A stretch of DNA of 58,350 bases, from positions 1 through 58,350 of the forward strand of contig SBBO01000021.1 in the NCBI GenBank assembly GCA_005239675.1, in the 5' to 3' direction. The stretch is from Planctomycetales bacterium (lineage in GTDB: Bacteria; Omnitrophota; Gorgyraeia; Zapsychrales; Zapsychraceae). Below the pieces are notes generated by a model that did no database searches, was not told where the DNA came from, and saw only the letters and a program-made list of their open reading frames with translations. The translations under genes were made by a program, and so were the position numbers. Positions 32,437 through 41,196 of the stretch are shown here, one piece after another. Each line of letters opens with the position of its first letter. The stretch's first letter is position 1.

Positions 32437-33513
32437 ATGGATCTCAAAGAGTTATTAAGTATAGCGATTAGCCAGCGGGCATCAGATCTGCACCTGACGG
32501 AAAACAGCTCACCTGTCCTGCGCATCAACGGTAAGCTTATTTTTCTGAACCAATACCAGCCGCTATTGCGCGATGACCTTAAAAGAACTATCTACAGTGT
32601 CTTAAGCGATCTCCAAAAAGAGAAGTTTGAACGCGATCGCGAGTTAGATTTTTCTCTGAGCATGGAAGGATTCGAACGTTTTCGTGTCAACGTGCACATT
32701 CAGCGAGGTTCAGTGGAAGCGGCTTTCCGGCGGATTCCGTTGTATGTGCCATCGACCGAAGACCTCGCGTTGCCCCCCGTGATCACCGAGTTGGCGCGGC
32801 GGCCGGATGGACTGGTCCTCGTTACTGGGCCGACAGGGTCAGGTAAGACAACTACCCTCGCGGCCATGATCGACTTGATCAACCGCGAACGTTCCTGCAT
32901 GATCGTTGCCATTGAAGACCCTATTGAATATCTTCATAGGAATAAAAAAGCCGTTATCAAGCAGAGGGAGGTTTATAGCGATACGCTTTCGTTCTCCGAG
33001 GCCCTCAAGCGTTGCCTGCGCCAGGATCCGGATGTGATTGTCGTTGGAGAGATGCGAGATCTGGAAACAATTGGAACAACATTAACTGCTGCCGAGACGG
33101 GACATCTGGTTTTGGCGACCTTGCATACTCCCGATGCGGCTCAAACCATTGAACGTATTATCGACGTCTTTCCCGCGCACCAGCAGCAGCAGGTACGTCT
33201 CCAGCTTTCAGCATCGCTACAGGGGGTTGTCTGCCAGAGGTTGCTGCCGTCCGCTCGTGGTGATGGGAGAGTCTTAGTCACCGAAGTCTTGATGGCGACA
33301 CTGGCGGTTCGTAATCTTATTCGCGAGAAGGCAGTCGAACAGATCCCAACCGCCATGCAGACCGGAATGCAATTTGGTATGCACACCATGGACTCCTGTC
33401 TACGGGATCTTTTTGAACAAGGTCTAATTACCTTTGAAGATGCGTTAGCCCAGGTCAAAAATGTTCAGGAATTTCAGCATTTAGTGCAACATAAAAACCC
33501 TAAGAGACGATAG
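32437..33513 (+). CDS. pilT: Type IV pilus retraction ATPase PilT family
   Basis: 358 aa. Walker A GPTGSGKTTT, VGEMRD, PilT-type AVRNLIREK motif. Confidence 0.85.
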   Translation: MDLKELLSIAISQRASDLHLTENSSPVLRINGKLIFLNQYQPLLRDDLKRTIYSVLSDLQKEKFERDRELDFSLSMEGFERFRVNVHIQRGSVEAAFRRIPLYVPSTEDLALPPVITELARRPDGLVLVTGPTGSGKTTTLAAMIDLINRERSCMIVAIEDPIEYLHRNKKAVIKQREVYSDTLSFSEALKRCLRQDPDVIVVGEMRDLETIGTTLTAAETGHLVLATLHTPDAAQTIERIIDVFPAHQQQQVRLQLSASLQGVVCQRLLPSARGDGRVLVTEVLMATLAVRNLIREKAVEQIPTAMQTGMQFGMHTMDSCLRDLFEQGLITFEDALAQVKNVQEFQHLVQHKNPKRR

Positions 33514-33528
33514 GTCCATCTTGCCTTG

Positions 33529-34746
33529 ATGTCAATTATCATGTCCCAAGAGCTCATTGAACCGGCACAAAAGAAATTCGCCCTCCTGCTACAAGGCCAG
33601 CTTAAGCGCATCCTAGAAATGAAGAAGGCTGGTTCATGGGTTGATTACGCAACGCTCAAACCGATTATAATCGGTATCTGTTGGGGCGACGGGATCGGTG
33701 AATTTATTTCTAAGAACGCAACCCAGGTTCTCATGCATGTTCTTGAGGAGGAAGTCAAGACCAAGAAGATCGTCTTTCGAGAGATCACAGGACTTACCAT
33801 TGAGAATCGCGTCAGGCATAACAAGGCCATCCCTGATGATATCTTGGAAGAATTGAAAAGTTGCCACGTCATCCTTAAAGGTCCAACGACAACACCGCAG
33901 GCCGGTGACCCGTGGCCCAATATCGAGAGCGCTAATGTCGCGATGCGCCGCGCCTTAGACTTATTTGCCAACGTCCGACCGGTCAAAATCCCGCAGGAAG
34001 GAATCGATTGGTGCTTTTTCCGGGAGAATACGGAAGGTGCTTACGTCTTGGGGTCTCAGGGTTTTGATGTTGGTCAAGATTTGAGTGTGGACTTTACCAT
34101 TGCAACGCAACAAGGCTGCGAGCGGATTATCCGCACTGCTTTTGACTACGCACAGAAAAACCATATTGATCGGGTGAGTGTCATTACAAAATCTAATGTG
34201 GTCAAGACAACCGATGGGCGTTTTTCGCGTACGGCCAAACGGATTGCTCAAGAGTATCCACAGATCCATTGCGACGAGTGGTATATCGACATTATGACGG
34301 CGAAATTGATTGATCCAGCCCGACGCAAGGAATTCAAGGTCATGGTCATGCCCAATTTATATGGAGATATATTGACCGATGAGGCAGCTCAATTGCAGGG
34401 CGGCGTGGGTACGGCGGGTAGCGCCAATATCGGTACACGCTGGGCCATGTTTGAGGCCATTCATGGGTCTGCCCCGCGCATGGTGAAAGAGGGCCGTGCC
34501 CAGTATGCCGATCCTTCATCCATGATACGTGCATGTGCGATGCTATTGCGTCATATGGGATGTGCCGATCAGGCGGGTAAGGTTGACATGGCGCTCGAGG
34601 TCTGCGGCCAGTTCGAGAGAAAAATCGTGATCACTGGCCACGACAATGGCGCAACGGGTGACCAATACACTGATTATATCTTATCCTGGATCGATAATCC
34701 GAAGCTCAAATCCCGTTGGGAGACTGAGGTGTATCATTTCAAATGA
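33529..34746 (+). CDS. Isocitrate/isopropylmalate dehydrogenase family protein (probably isocitrate dehydrogenase)
   Basis: About 405 aa. GDGIGEF, LKGPTTTP, NVRPVK, FRENTEGAY, NLYGDILTDEAAQLQGG blocks. Substrate not determinable here. Confidence 0.75.
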   Translation: MSIIMSQELIEPAQKKFALLLQGQLKRILEMKKAGSWVDYATLKPIIIGICWGDGIGEFISKNATQVLMHVLEEEVKTKKIVFREITGLTIENRVRHNKAIPDDILEELKSCHVILKGPTTTPQAGDPWPNIESANVAMRRALDLFANVRPVKIPQEGIDWCFFRENTEGAYVLGSQGFDVGQDLSVDFTIATQQGCERIIRTAFDYAQKNHIDRVSVITKSNVVKTTDGRFSRTAKRIAQEYPQIHCDEWYIDIMTAKLIDPARRKEFKVMVMPNLYGDILTDEAAQLQGGVGTAGSANIGTRWAMFEAIHGSAPRMVKEGRAQYADPSSMIRACAMLLRHMGCADQAGKVDMALEVCGQFERKIVITGHDNGATGDQYTDYILSWIDNPKLKSRWETEVYHFK

Positions 34747-34914
34747 ATTGGTGCCCGGGGGTTTTAAGCATCGTTGGTAATTGATCAGCCCATCATCTGC
34801 TTTCCATGGTCGTTTTGCGATTATTAGGGATTTCATACCGCAGGAAAATAGCCTACGATCATTTTTGGTCATCCTTTCTCTGGCGGCAGTCTCGTCTAAA
34901 ATTAAATTTTGAAT

Positions 34915-35637
34915 ATGAAGACATTCGTTATTGGTGATATCCATGGCACGTACCAGGCCTTGACGCAGTGTCTAGAGCGCTCAGTCTTTGATTATGCGTG
35001 CGACCGCCTCATCGTCTTGGGTGATGTTTGTGATGGTTATCCCGATGTGAAGCAGTGCATCAATGAACTGCTTAAGATCAAACATTGTGACTATCTTATG
35101 GGCAATCATGACCTCTGGGCCTTGGCTTGGGCGACTCATGGCATCAAGGAAGAGGTGTGGTTAAGCCAGGGTGGTGAAAATACCCTCGCCTCTTACGGTC
35201 ATCAGGGGATGCCACCATCGCACGTCACCTTTTTAAAGAATGCTCATTGCTGGCTGGAATGGGACAATCGTTTGTTCATTCATGGCGGACTAGATCCTAA
35301 CAAGCCTTTATCCGAACAAAATCTGGAGATGCTGGTTTGGGATAGGACGCTTATCAATGCCGCCTGGCAAAGACATCTCTTGCAGGAAGATTTCCATTAC
35401 ACGCAATTTGAAGAGATTTTTTTGGGACATACGCCTACCCAATTATTTAATTCCTCAAGACCTTTAAAGTTGTGCAATGTCTGGGACCTGGATACAGGAG
35501 CGGGTTGGGCTGGTCAATTGACAATTATGGATGTTTGCACGAAGGAGTATTGGCAATCGGATTCGGTACATTCTCTCTATCGAGATGTTATCCCACGTCG
35601 GATGGTTACGGGCGAACCATTCCAAAGGAAGATGTAA
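34915..35637 (+). CDS. Calcineurin-like metallophosphoesterase (PPP / lambda-phosphatase-like)
   Basis: MKTFVIGDIHG, LGDVCDGYPD, GNHD motifs. First gene after a 168-nt gap. Confidence 0.8.
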   Translation: MKTFVIGDIHGTYQALTQCLERSVFDYACDRLIVLGDVCDGYPDVKQCINELLKIKHCDYLMGNHDLWALAWATHGIKEEVWLSQGGENTLASYGHQGMPPSHVTFLKNAHCWLEWDNRLFIHGGLDPNKPLSEQNLEMLVWDRTLINAAWQRHLLQEDFHYTQFEEIFLGHTPTQLFNSSRPLKLCNVWDLDTGAGWAGQLTIMDVCTKEYWQSDSVHSLYRDVIPRRMVTGEPFQRKM

Positions 35638-35638
35638 T

Positions 35639-36304
35639 ATGCAATCCTCCATTCAAACCCGAACATGGGAAGTGCGGGATTTAGGTTTAATCGATTACGA
35701 TGCTATGTACCAGATTCAAAGACAGTGTGTGGATGAGGTGCTGCAGGGCGGTAGACAGAGACTTCTTCTGTGTGAGCATCCAGCAATCATTACGCTGGGT
35801 CGAATGTCTAACGAGATGCACATTATAGATCGCCAAGGAATTAAACAGGCAGGTATTCGTGTTGTTTCTATTGACCGCGGTGGCGATGTGACCCTTCATG
35901 CCCCGGGTCAGTTGGTCGTTTATCCTATCCTTGACCTGGTAGTCTATGGCCGCGATTTGAAGCGCTATTTATATAAACTAGAACAAGTTGCTATTGATTT
36001 ATTAAATAGTCTTGGTATAGTGGCTAATAGAATTTCAGGAAAGACAGGTGTTTTTAGCGGTCCGGATAAAATTGTTTCCTTAGGGATAGGGGTTCGCCGA
36101 TGGATTGTATTTCATGGAATGGCTATTAATGTGAATACTGATTTGGCATTATTTGACCTGATCAAACCCTGCGGTCTGGATGTCCGGATGACTTCCATCG
36201 CGGATATCAAGGGTGAAAGGATAGCTATCGAAGAAGTTAAAGAAAATTTCATTAGGTGTTTTGGTCATAGGTTTGACGCACCCGCCCAAGGGCTGCCGCG
36301 ATGA
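35639..36304 (+). CDS. lipB: Octanoyltransferase LipB
   Basis: Internal ATG (aa 37) of ORF 35531..36304. RGGDVTLHAPGQLVVYPI and KIVSLGIGVRRWIVFHGMAINV blocks typical of LipB. Confidence 0.85.
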   Translation: MQSSIQTRTWEVRDLGLIDYDAMYQIQRQCVDEVLQGGRQRLLLCEHPAIITLGRMSNEMHIIDRQGIKQAGIRVVSIDRGGDVTLHAPGQLVVYPILDLVVYGRDLKRYLYKLEQVAIDLLNSLGIVANRISGKTGVFSGPDKIVSLGIGVRRWIVFHGMAINVNTDLALFDLIKPCGLDVRMTSIADIKGERIAIEEVKENFIRCFGHRFDAPAQGLPR

Positions 36305-36537
36305 GCATGTTAATACTCCCTGAGCTGGGTGAGGGCATTGAAAAGGCGACGGTCGCCTGCTGGCATTACAAGGAAGGTGATGGTGTTCAGAAAGGTGACG
36401 ACGTAGTGGAGGTGGTTACTGACAAGGCTAGTTTTAACATCGCTTCTGAGGCCTCCGGAATTTTGCGGAAAATCTTAGTCAAAGATGGAGAACAGGCAAA
36501 TATTGGCGCGGCTTTAGGAATCATTGAATCGTCATAA
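36301..36537 (+). CDS. Free-standing lipoyl-attachment domain protein (78 aa)
   Basis: LPELGEGIEKATVACWHYKEGDGVQKGDDVVEVVTDKASFNIASEASG matches the E2-type lipoyl domain with the TDKA lysine. ATGA overlap with lipB. Confidence 0.8.
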   Translation: MSMLILPELGEGIEKATVACWHYKEGDGVQKGDDVVEVVTDKASFNIASEASGILRKILVKDGEQANIGAALGIIESS

Positions 36538-36542
36538 GCAAG

Positions 36543-37706
36543 ATGACAAGAAGACGCGTTCTATTGATGTATATCTCAAAAGTCTCCGGTCACCGGCAAG
36601 CGACGTTGGCCATTCGGCAGGGCTTACGCCAGCTCGATCCAACGGTCAAGGCACCAGCCGTCAATGGGTTTGGCTACACTTATCCCCTTTTAGAGAAGAT
36701 CATCAACAAGGCGTACTTGAGCGTCATCAAGCGCACCCCCGCGGTTTGGGATTACCTTTACGACAATCCTGATGTTGTCAGGCGTTCAAAATCCATCCAG
36801 AATTATCTCTATAAGGCCAGCCACACTAAGATCGCTAAACTTCTCAATCGCTATAAACCGGATACAGTGGTGTGTACCCAGGCGTTTCCCTGTGGGATGG
36901 TCGCTGATTATAAGAGGACACATCACCTTGACTTACGTTTGATCGGTGTCTTAACAGATTTTACCCCGCATGCCTATTGGATTAACGCAGGGGTTGATAT
37001 GTACATCGTACCCTCCGAGGAGGTCAAGGACCAACTGGTGGCGCGAGGTGTGCTAGCAGAAAGTGTGCGTGTCTACGGAATTCCGCTTCGGGCACGCTTT
37101 GCCTTGGCCGTGGATCGTTTGGCCGTGGCGGCAAAATTAGGACTAGACCCAGATATACCAACGGTTCTTGTTATGGGCGGCGGGCAGGGATTAGGGCCCA
37201 TCAAAAGAATCGTAAAATCGTTAATCATGATCGATCGTCATTTCCAGATGGTGGTCCTGGCTGGCGTCAACAAGAAAATTGTTCATAAGTTGCGAGAGTA
37301 TGCGCAAAAGGCCAGTAATAAAGTTCTCATCTTTGAATTTGTGGACAATGTCGAAGAATTGATGGAGCTGGCGAGCCTAGTGATCACGAAACCCGGCGGC
37401 ATGACGACCGCCGAGAGTCTGGCCAAGGGGTTACCGATGATTATTGTCAATCCTATCCCCGGCCAAGAGGAGCGCAACGCCAACTTTCTCACCAGTCATG
37501 GAATCGGTATCCGCGTAGACGACATCAAGGATATTGGTGCACAGGTTGAGACGCTCCTTAAGTCGCCCGAACGCCTGGCTACCATGCGCAAGGCAGCCTA
37601 TATCTATGCCAAACCCCAGGCCTCTTTGGATATTGCTCGGATGATCTTAGGATCGTCCCAAAAGCCTTCGTTAGCAAGAGAGTCGACCGCAGATAATCAT
37701 GTTTAA
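36543..37706 (+). CDS. MGDG-synthase-like glycosyltransferase (GT28 family, diacylglycerol glycosyltransferase-like)
   Basis: 387 aa. N-terminal ISKVSGHRQATLAI... and C-terminal ITKPGGMTTAESLAKGLPMII...PGQEERNA typical of MGDG synthase/UgtP-like enzymes. Confidence 0.75.
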   Translation: MTRRRVLLMYISKVSGHRQATLAIRQGLRQLDPTVKAPAVNGFGYTYPLLEKIINKAYLSVIKRTPAVWDYLYDNPDVVRRSKSIQNYLYKASHTKIAKLLNRYKPDTVVCTQAFPCGMVADYKRTHHLDLRLIGVLTDFTPHAYWINAGVDMYIVPSEEVKDQLVARGVLAESVRVYGIPLRARFALAVDRLAVAAKLGLDPDIPTVLVMGGGQGLGPIKRIVKSLIMIDRHFQMVVLAGVNKKIVHKLREYAQKASNKVLIFEFVDNVEELMELASLVITKPGGMTTAESLAKGLPMIIVNPIPGQEERNANFLTSHGIGIRVDDIKDIGAQVETLLKSPERLATMRKAAYIYAKPQASLDIARMILGSSQKPSLARESTADNHV

Positions 37707-38634
37707 ATACTGTCTCTACAGGTTTGCCCAGTTTTTGGTCCGGTGGTTACCATTGGATTTGGCGTATCGGTTGGGCGTATGCATTTCGGATCTGCAGTAT
37801 ATATTTTCGTTCCGGGATAGAAGGGCGGTACGCAATAACCTAAAAAGGATTTTGTCCAATACCGACCATTTGTCCGCCATGACACGCGAGGTCTTTCGCA
37901 ATTTTGGCAGATATCTTGTTGAATTTCTAAAGATGGACAAGATGGTGGATCAAGACTTTATGGCGCACAAGGTCACTGTTGATGGCATTGAGCACCTTGG
38001 GCAGGCATTGCAGGGGCGCAAGGGGGTCATCCTTGTCACGGCGCATATTGGTAATTGGGAAATAGGGGCAGTTTTATTGAGCAAGCTGGGATACGCTTTA
38101 ATGATTATTGCCCTTCCTCACAAGGAGCGACCTGTTAATGATCTTTTTAATCACCAAAGGGAGGTTCATGGGATAACGGTTGTTTCGACCAACAATGCGA
38201 TTCGAAAATGCATGGAACATCTAAAGAATAACAAAATCATTGCCATCGCTGCCGACCGTGACTTTACGGTCAAGGGTGGGGAGCTAACGGATTTTCTAGG
38301 CGCTAAGGCGATGATCCCCCGCGGGGCTGCGATATTTTCCCACAAAACGGGGGCACCCATTCTCCCAACATTTTTGATTCGCCAAGAGGACAAGACATTT
38401 CGTTTATCTATCTTGGAACCCTTGCCTGAGCTAATTCAACGAGAAGATATCTCTGAGGAAGAAGCCGTACGGGATATTATGCGCCAGTATTTGCGGGTAA
38501 TTGAACAAGAGATCCGTCGTTATCCAACACAATGGTTGCTTTTTAGAGAATTTGTCGTTCCTTTCATTTCTCCTGAGGCGCAAGGAACGGTAAATACTCA
38601 AAAGAATAATTTATGTCCAAAATCTGCGTCCTAA
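37699..38634 (+). CDS. LpxL/HtrB-family lysophospholipid/lipid A acyltransferase
   Basis: 311 aa. HIGNWE catalytic motif, N-terminal hydrophobic anchor. 8-nt overlap with upstream gene. Confidence 0.8.
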   Translation: MFKYCLYRFAQFLVRWLPLDLAYRLGVCISDLQYIFSFRDRRAVRNNLKRILSNTDHLSAMTREVFRNFGRYLVEFLKMDKMVDQDFMAHKVTVDGIEHLGQALQGRKGVILVTAHIGNWEIGAVLLSKLGYALMIIALPHKERPVNDLFNHQREVHGITVVSTNNAIRKCMEHLKNNKIIAIAADRDFTVKGGELTDFLGAKAMIPRGAAIFSHKTGAPILPTFLIRQEDKTFRLSILEPLPELIQREDISEEEAVRDIMRQYLRVIEQEIRRYPTQWLLFREFVVPFISPEAQGTVNTQKNNLCPKSAS

Positions 38635-39353
38635 TTCCTATCTTTAATGAGGCCCCGGCTATCGGTACGGTCGTGCAGTCTGTGCGGGGGCGGAATCTAG
38701 ATGTGGTCGTGATCGATGACGGTTCTACGGATAATTCTGGAACGATCGCGTGTCAGGCTGGGGCGGTCGTGATCCGGCATGCCACCAAACAAGGCAAGGG
38801 GTATTCGCTACGGGATGGTTTTCGCTATGTCCTGGAGCATGATTACACCACTATTATCACTATGGATGGCGATGGCCAGCATGACGTTGGTGATATTGAT
38901 CAATTTCTTCTTGAAAGCACGAAACCAGGGCGGCATCCTGGCATCATTGTCGGTAATCGCATGGCGAATCCGAGAGGTATGCCACCCTTGCGGTATTGGA
39001 CCAACTACCTGATGTCGTTTTTAATTTCGATAGCCTGTCGTCAGCGCATTCCCGACACGCAGTGCGGTTATCGGTACATTGAGCGCCGCGTCCTTGAGGA
39101 TGTAGTCTTGTCCTGCGATGACTTTGAAATTGAGACCGAGATATTGATGAAGGCTGCCAAAAAGGGGATTGTCATCGCTTCAGTCCCAGTCCTGACCATC
39201 TATCGTGATGAAGAAAGCAAGATTCATCCCTTGAAGGATACCATCCGTTTCATCCGGTATTTTGGCAAGGAGATTTGTTCCTCCATCTTTTGCCAGGCCC
39301 GCGGGAATTCCTCCAAAGAGAACTGCTGTCATGATGATGACAATCGATCATAA
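38613..39353 (+). CDS. Family 2 glycosyltransferase (polyprenol-phosphate glycosyltransferase-like)
   Basis: 246 aa. IPIFNEA, VIDDGSTDNS, MDGDGQHD motifs. 22-nt overlap with upstream gene. Confidence 0.8.
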   Translation: MSKICVLIPIFNEAPAIGTVVQSVRGRNLDVVVIDDGSTDNSGTIACQAGAVVIRHATKQGKGYSLRDGFRYVLEHDYTTIITMDGDGQHDVGDIDQFLLESTKPGRHPGIIVGNRMANPRGMPPLRYWTNYLMSFLISIACRQRIPDTQCGYRYIERRVLEDVVLSCDDFEIETEILMKAAKKGIVIASVPVLTIYRDEESKIHPLKDTIRFIRYFGKEICSSIFCQARGNSSKENCCHDDDNRS

Positions 39354-40047
39354 GCTTTTTTGGGGCGGGCTGACAGCCTCTTTCTTGATCCATGTGGGAG
39401 CGATCGGATTTTTATCCCGCGCAGCATCGATGGTGAAGATAGTCGTTAAGACCTCACCACCAGTTGAGGTGATGTATGCGGTAGCGGTAAAGGATCAAAA
39501 GAGGCAAAAAAACGTTCTCCCTAAAGCAGTTGCGGTCTTAAGATCAGAACAATCTTCAGCCTCGTTACCGCAGGTGAAGACCTTATTGCGTCACGATGAG
39601 GTCTTCCCTTCTTCGGAGAGTAGTCTGCGAGAGATAGGTCAATCGACACGGGAGATGACGTTTGGTCGGGAGAAGACCCTGCCTATTAAGGCCTTGATGG
39701 GTGAACGCAAGATCACGGTGCCGATGCTTCAGTCAGAAAAGATTACCAACCCCCAATATCTCAGTTACACTCAGCATATACGCCAGAAGATTAAACAGTG
39801 GGCCTCTTATTATGCGGATTATCCTAATTTTCAATCGGGAGATGTATATTTGACATTTGTCTTGTCTTCAGCGGGGGTCTTGCAGGACGTCCAGGTCATT
39901 GCAAACAAGACGCACGCGAGTACCTATCTGCAGGAAGTCGGCGTGCGCAGTATCCGGGGATCAGCCCCATTTCCATCGTTCCCTGAGGATTTTCGGTATC
40001 CAGAGTTAACCTTTAATGTGATTATTTCCTTTGAATTAATAAAATAA
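39331..40047 (+). CDS. TonB C-terminal domain protein with N-terminal TM anchor
   Basis: Internal ATG of ORF 39262..40047. TM LFWGGLTASFLIHVGAIGFL. C-terminal block YPNFQSGDVYLTFVLSSAGVLQDVQVI...APFPSFP. Confidence 0.65.
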   Translation: MMMTIDHKLFWGGLTASFLIHVGAIGFLSRAASMVKIVVKTSPPVEVMYAVAVKDQKRQKNVLPKAVAVLRSEQSSASLPQVKTLLRHDEVFPSSESSLREIGQSTREMTFGREKTLPIKALMGERKITVPMLQSEKITNPQYLSYTQHIRQKIKQWASYYADYPNFQSGDVYLTFVLSSAGVLQDVQVIANKTHASTYLQEVGVRSIRGSAPFPSFPEDFRYPELTFNVIISFELIK

Positions 40048-40096
40048 AAGGCAGCCATGGCCGTGACAGCCACCCACCAAGCCGCGTGGGTGACGA

Positions 40097-40125
40097 TTGA
40101 CAAGGTCCGACCAAGGTGGTATTCT
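40097..40125 (+). promoter_or_regulatory. Putative promoter with extended -10 (TTGACA-17 nt-TGgTATTCT)
   Basis: TTGACA 40097-40102, TATTCT 40120-40125 preceded by TGG. Lies after hairpin CACCCAC/GTGGGTG (40071-40092) and 8 nt before ATG 40134. Confidence 0.5.
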
Positions 40126-40133
40126 AAAATTCT

Positions 40134-40586
40134 ATGGGAATGAATCGAGAAAAATTTATTGATGAATCATGGAAGGAATCGGCAGCCCAGGAAAAGGAAC
40201 GCCTTGAGAGCGTAACACAGAAGGCTAAGTCCGCTTCAGTAGGCGCGTCATCAAAAGAGACGGGACCCCGCACGGCCGAGGGGTCTGAGTTGCAGCCTGC
40301 ATCAAGAGAAACCTCTTCGGCCGCCAGCGAGCAAGATTTTATTCAATACATTTCCAGCCTTGCCTACCAGGCCATGATTTTCTTAGGAGAAATCTCTAAT
40401 CCCGTTACAAATCAACTCCAGAGGAATCTGGAGCAAGCTAAGTTTATTATTGATACGCTTATCCTCCTTCAGCAAAAGACGAATGGCAATTTAACTGAGA
40501 AAGAGAGTGATATGCTTAATACTGCCGCGTATGAATTGCAGGTGAAATATGTTGAGATTGCTAAAAAAGAGTCAACAAATGGATAA
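40134..40586 (+). CDS. DUF1844-like protein
   Basis: 150 aa. Acidic N-terminus, then LAYQAMIFLGEISNPVTNQ...NLEQAKFIIDTLILLQQKTNGNL, as I recall for DUF1844. Family assignment from memory. Confidence 0.55.
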   Translation: MGMNREKFIDESWKESAAQEKERLESVTQKAKSASVGASSKETGPRTAEGSELQPASRETSSAASEQDFIQYISSLAYQAMIFLGEISNPVTNQLQRNLEQAKFIIDTLILLQQKTNGNLTEKESDMLNTAAYELQVKYVEIAKKESTNG

Positions 40587-40722
40587 GGATCTTCTGGACA
40601 TCTTAGCCTGCCCAGCGTGTCAAGGGGGCGTTGCTCAAGAAAACGGACAGATCGTCTGCCTGATCTGTAGACGACAGTATGCGCTACGCGATTCGATTGC
40701 GGTGATGATGGTCAATGATTAG
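40579..40722 (+). CDS. Trm112/UPF0434-like small zinc-ribbon protein (47 aa)
   Basis: Hand translation MDKDLLDILACPACQGGVAQENGQIVCLICRRQYALRDSIAVMMVND. Not in the ORF track. 8-nt overlap with upstream gene. Confidence 0.7.
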   Translation: MDKDLLDILACPACQGGVAQENGQIVCLICRRQYALRDSIAVMMVND

Positions 40723-40745
40723 GGGTGGTAAGTTAAGGAGGATGC

Positions 40746-41186
40746 GTGTCTAAGATTTTAGTGATTCACGGCCCCAATTTGAATCTTCTGGGGGAGCGCG
40801 AACAAGATGTTTATGGAAAGATAACCCTAGAGGAAATCAACCGCACATTGGAAAAGAGGGCACAGGCCCACGGCCTTCAGCTAGAGATTATTCAATCCAA
40901 TCACGAGGGTGAGATAGTCGATACAATCGGTCAGGTCAAGAGACATCGATTCAAGGCAATTTTAATTAACCCTGCAGCTTATACCCACACGAGTGTCGCC
41001 ATCCGCGATGCCATTGCGGCGGTGGATATTCCAGCGGTTGAGGTCCATCTCTCTAATATTTATGCACGGGAAGATTTCCGAAAGACCTCTTTGATTGCCC
41101 CGGTCTGTCGGGGTCAGGTCACTGGTTTTGGTCCCAAGAGCTATGTCTTGGGATTGGAAGCCATCTTGGGTCTTATCGAATTGTAG
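40746..41186 (+). CDS. aroQ: Type II 3-dehydroquinate dehydratase (GTG start)
   Basis: 146 aa, [48 protein letters not shown]. Confidence 0.93.
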   Translation: MSKILVIHGPNLNLLGEREQDVYGKITLEEINRTLEKRAQAHGLQLEIIQSNHEGEIVDTIGQVKRHRFKAILINPAAYTHTSVAIRDAIAAVDIPAVEVHLSNIYAREDFRKTSLIAPVCRGQVTGFGPKSYVLGLEAILGLIEL

Positions 41187-41196
41187 TCTCCTTAAA

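Noticed and set aside
34747-34914. 168-nt spacer checked for riboswitch-like or terminator structure
   Set aside because: I could draw only 4-6-bp stems and saw no conserved riboswitch core motif. A weak promoter may be here, but nothing supports a call.
34681-34944. 87-aa minus-strand ORF spanning the gap between the dehydrogenase and phosphatase genes
   Set aside because: It overlaps the ends of both flanking + strand genes and has no SD or motif. It would be the only minus-strand gene in 58 kb.
36524-36772. 82-aa + strand ORF overlapping the start of the GT28 gene in another frame; likewise the alternative-frame ORFs at 2697, 2758, 4070, 10134 and 24171
   Set aside because: They are nested in other frames of well-supported genes, and their translations are Arg/Ser/Pro-rich with no motifs.
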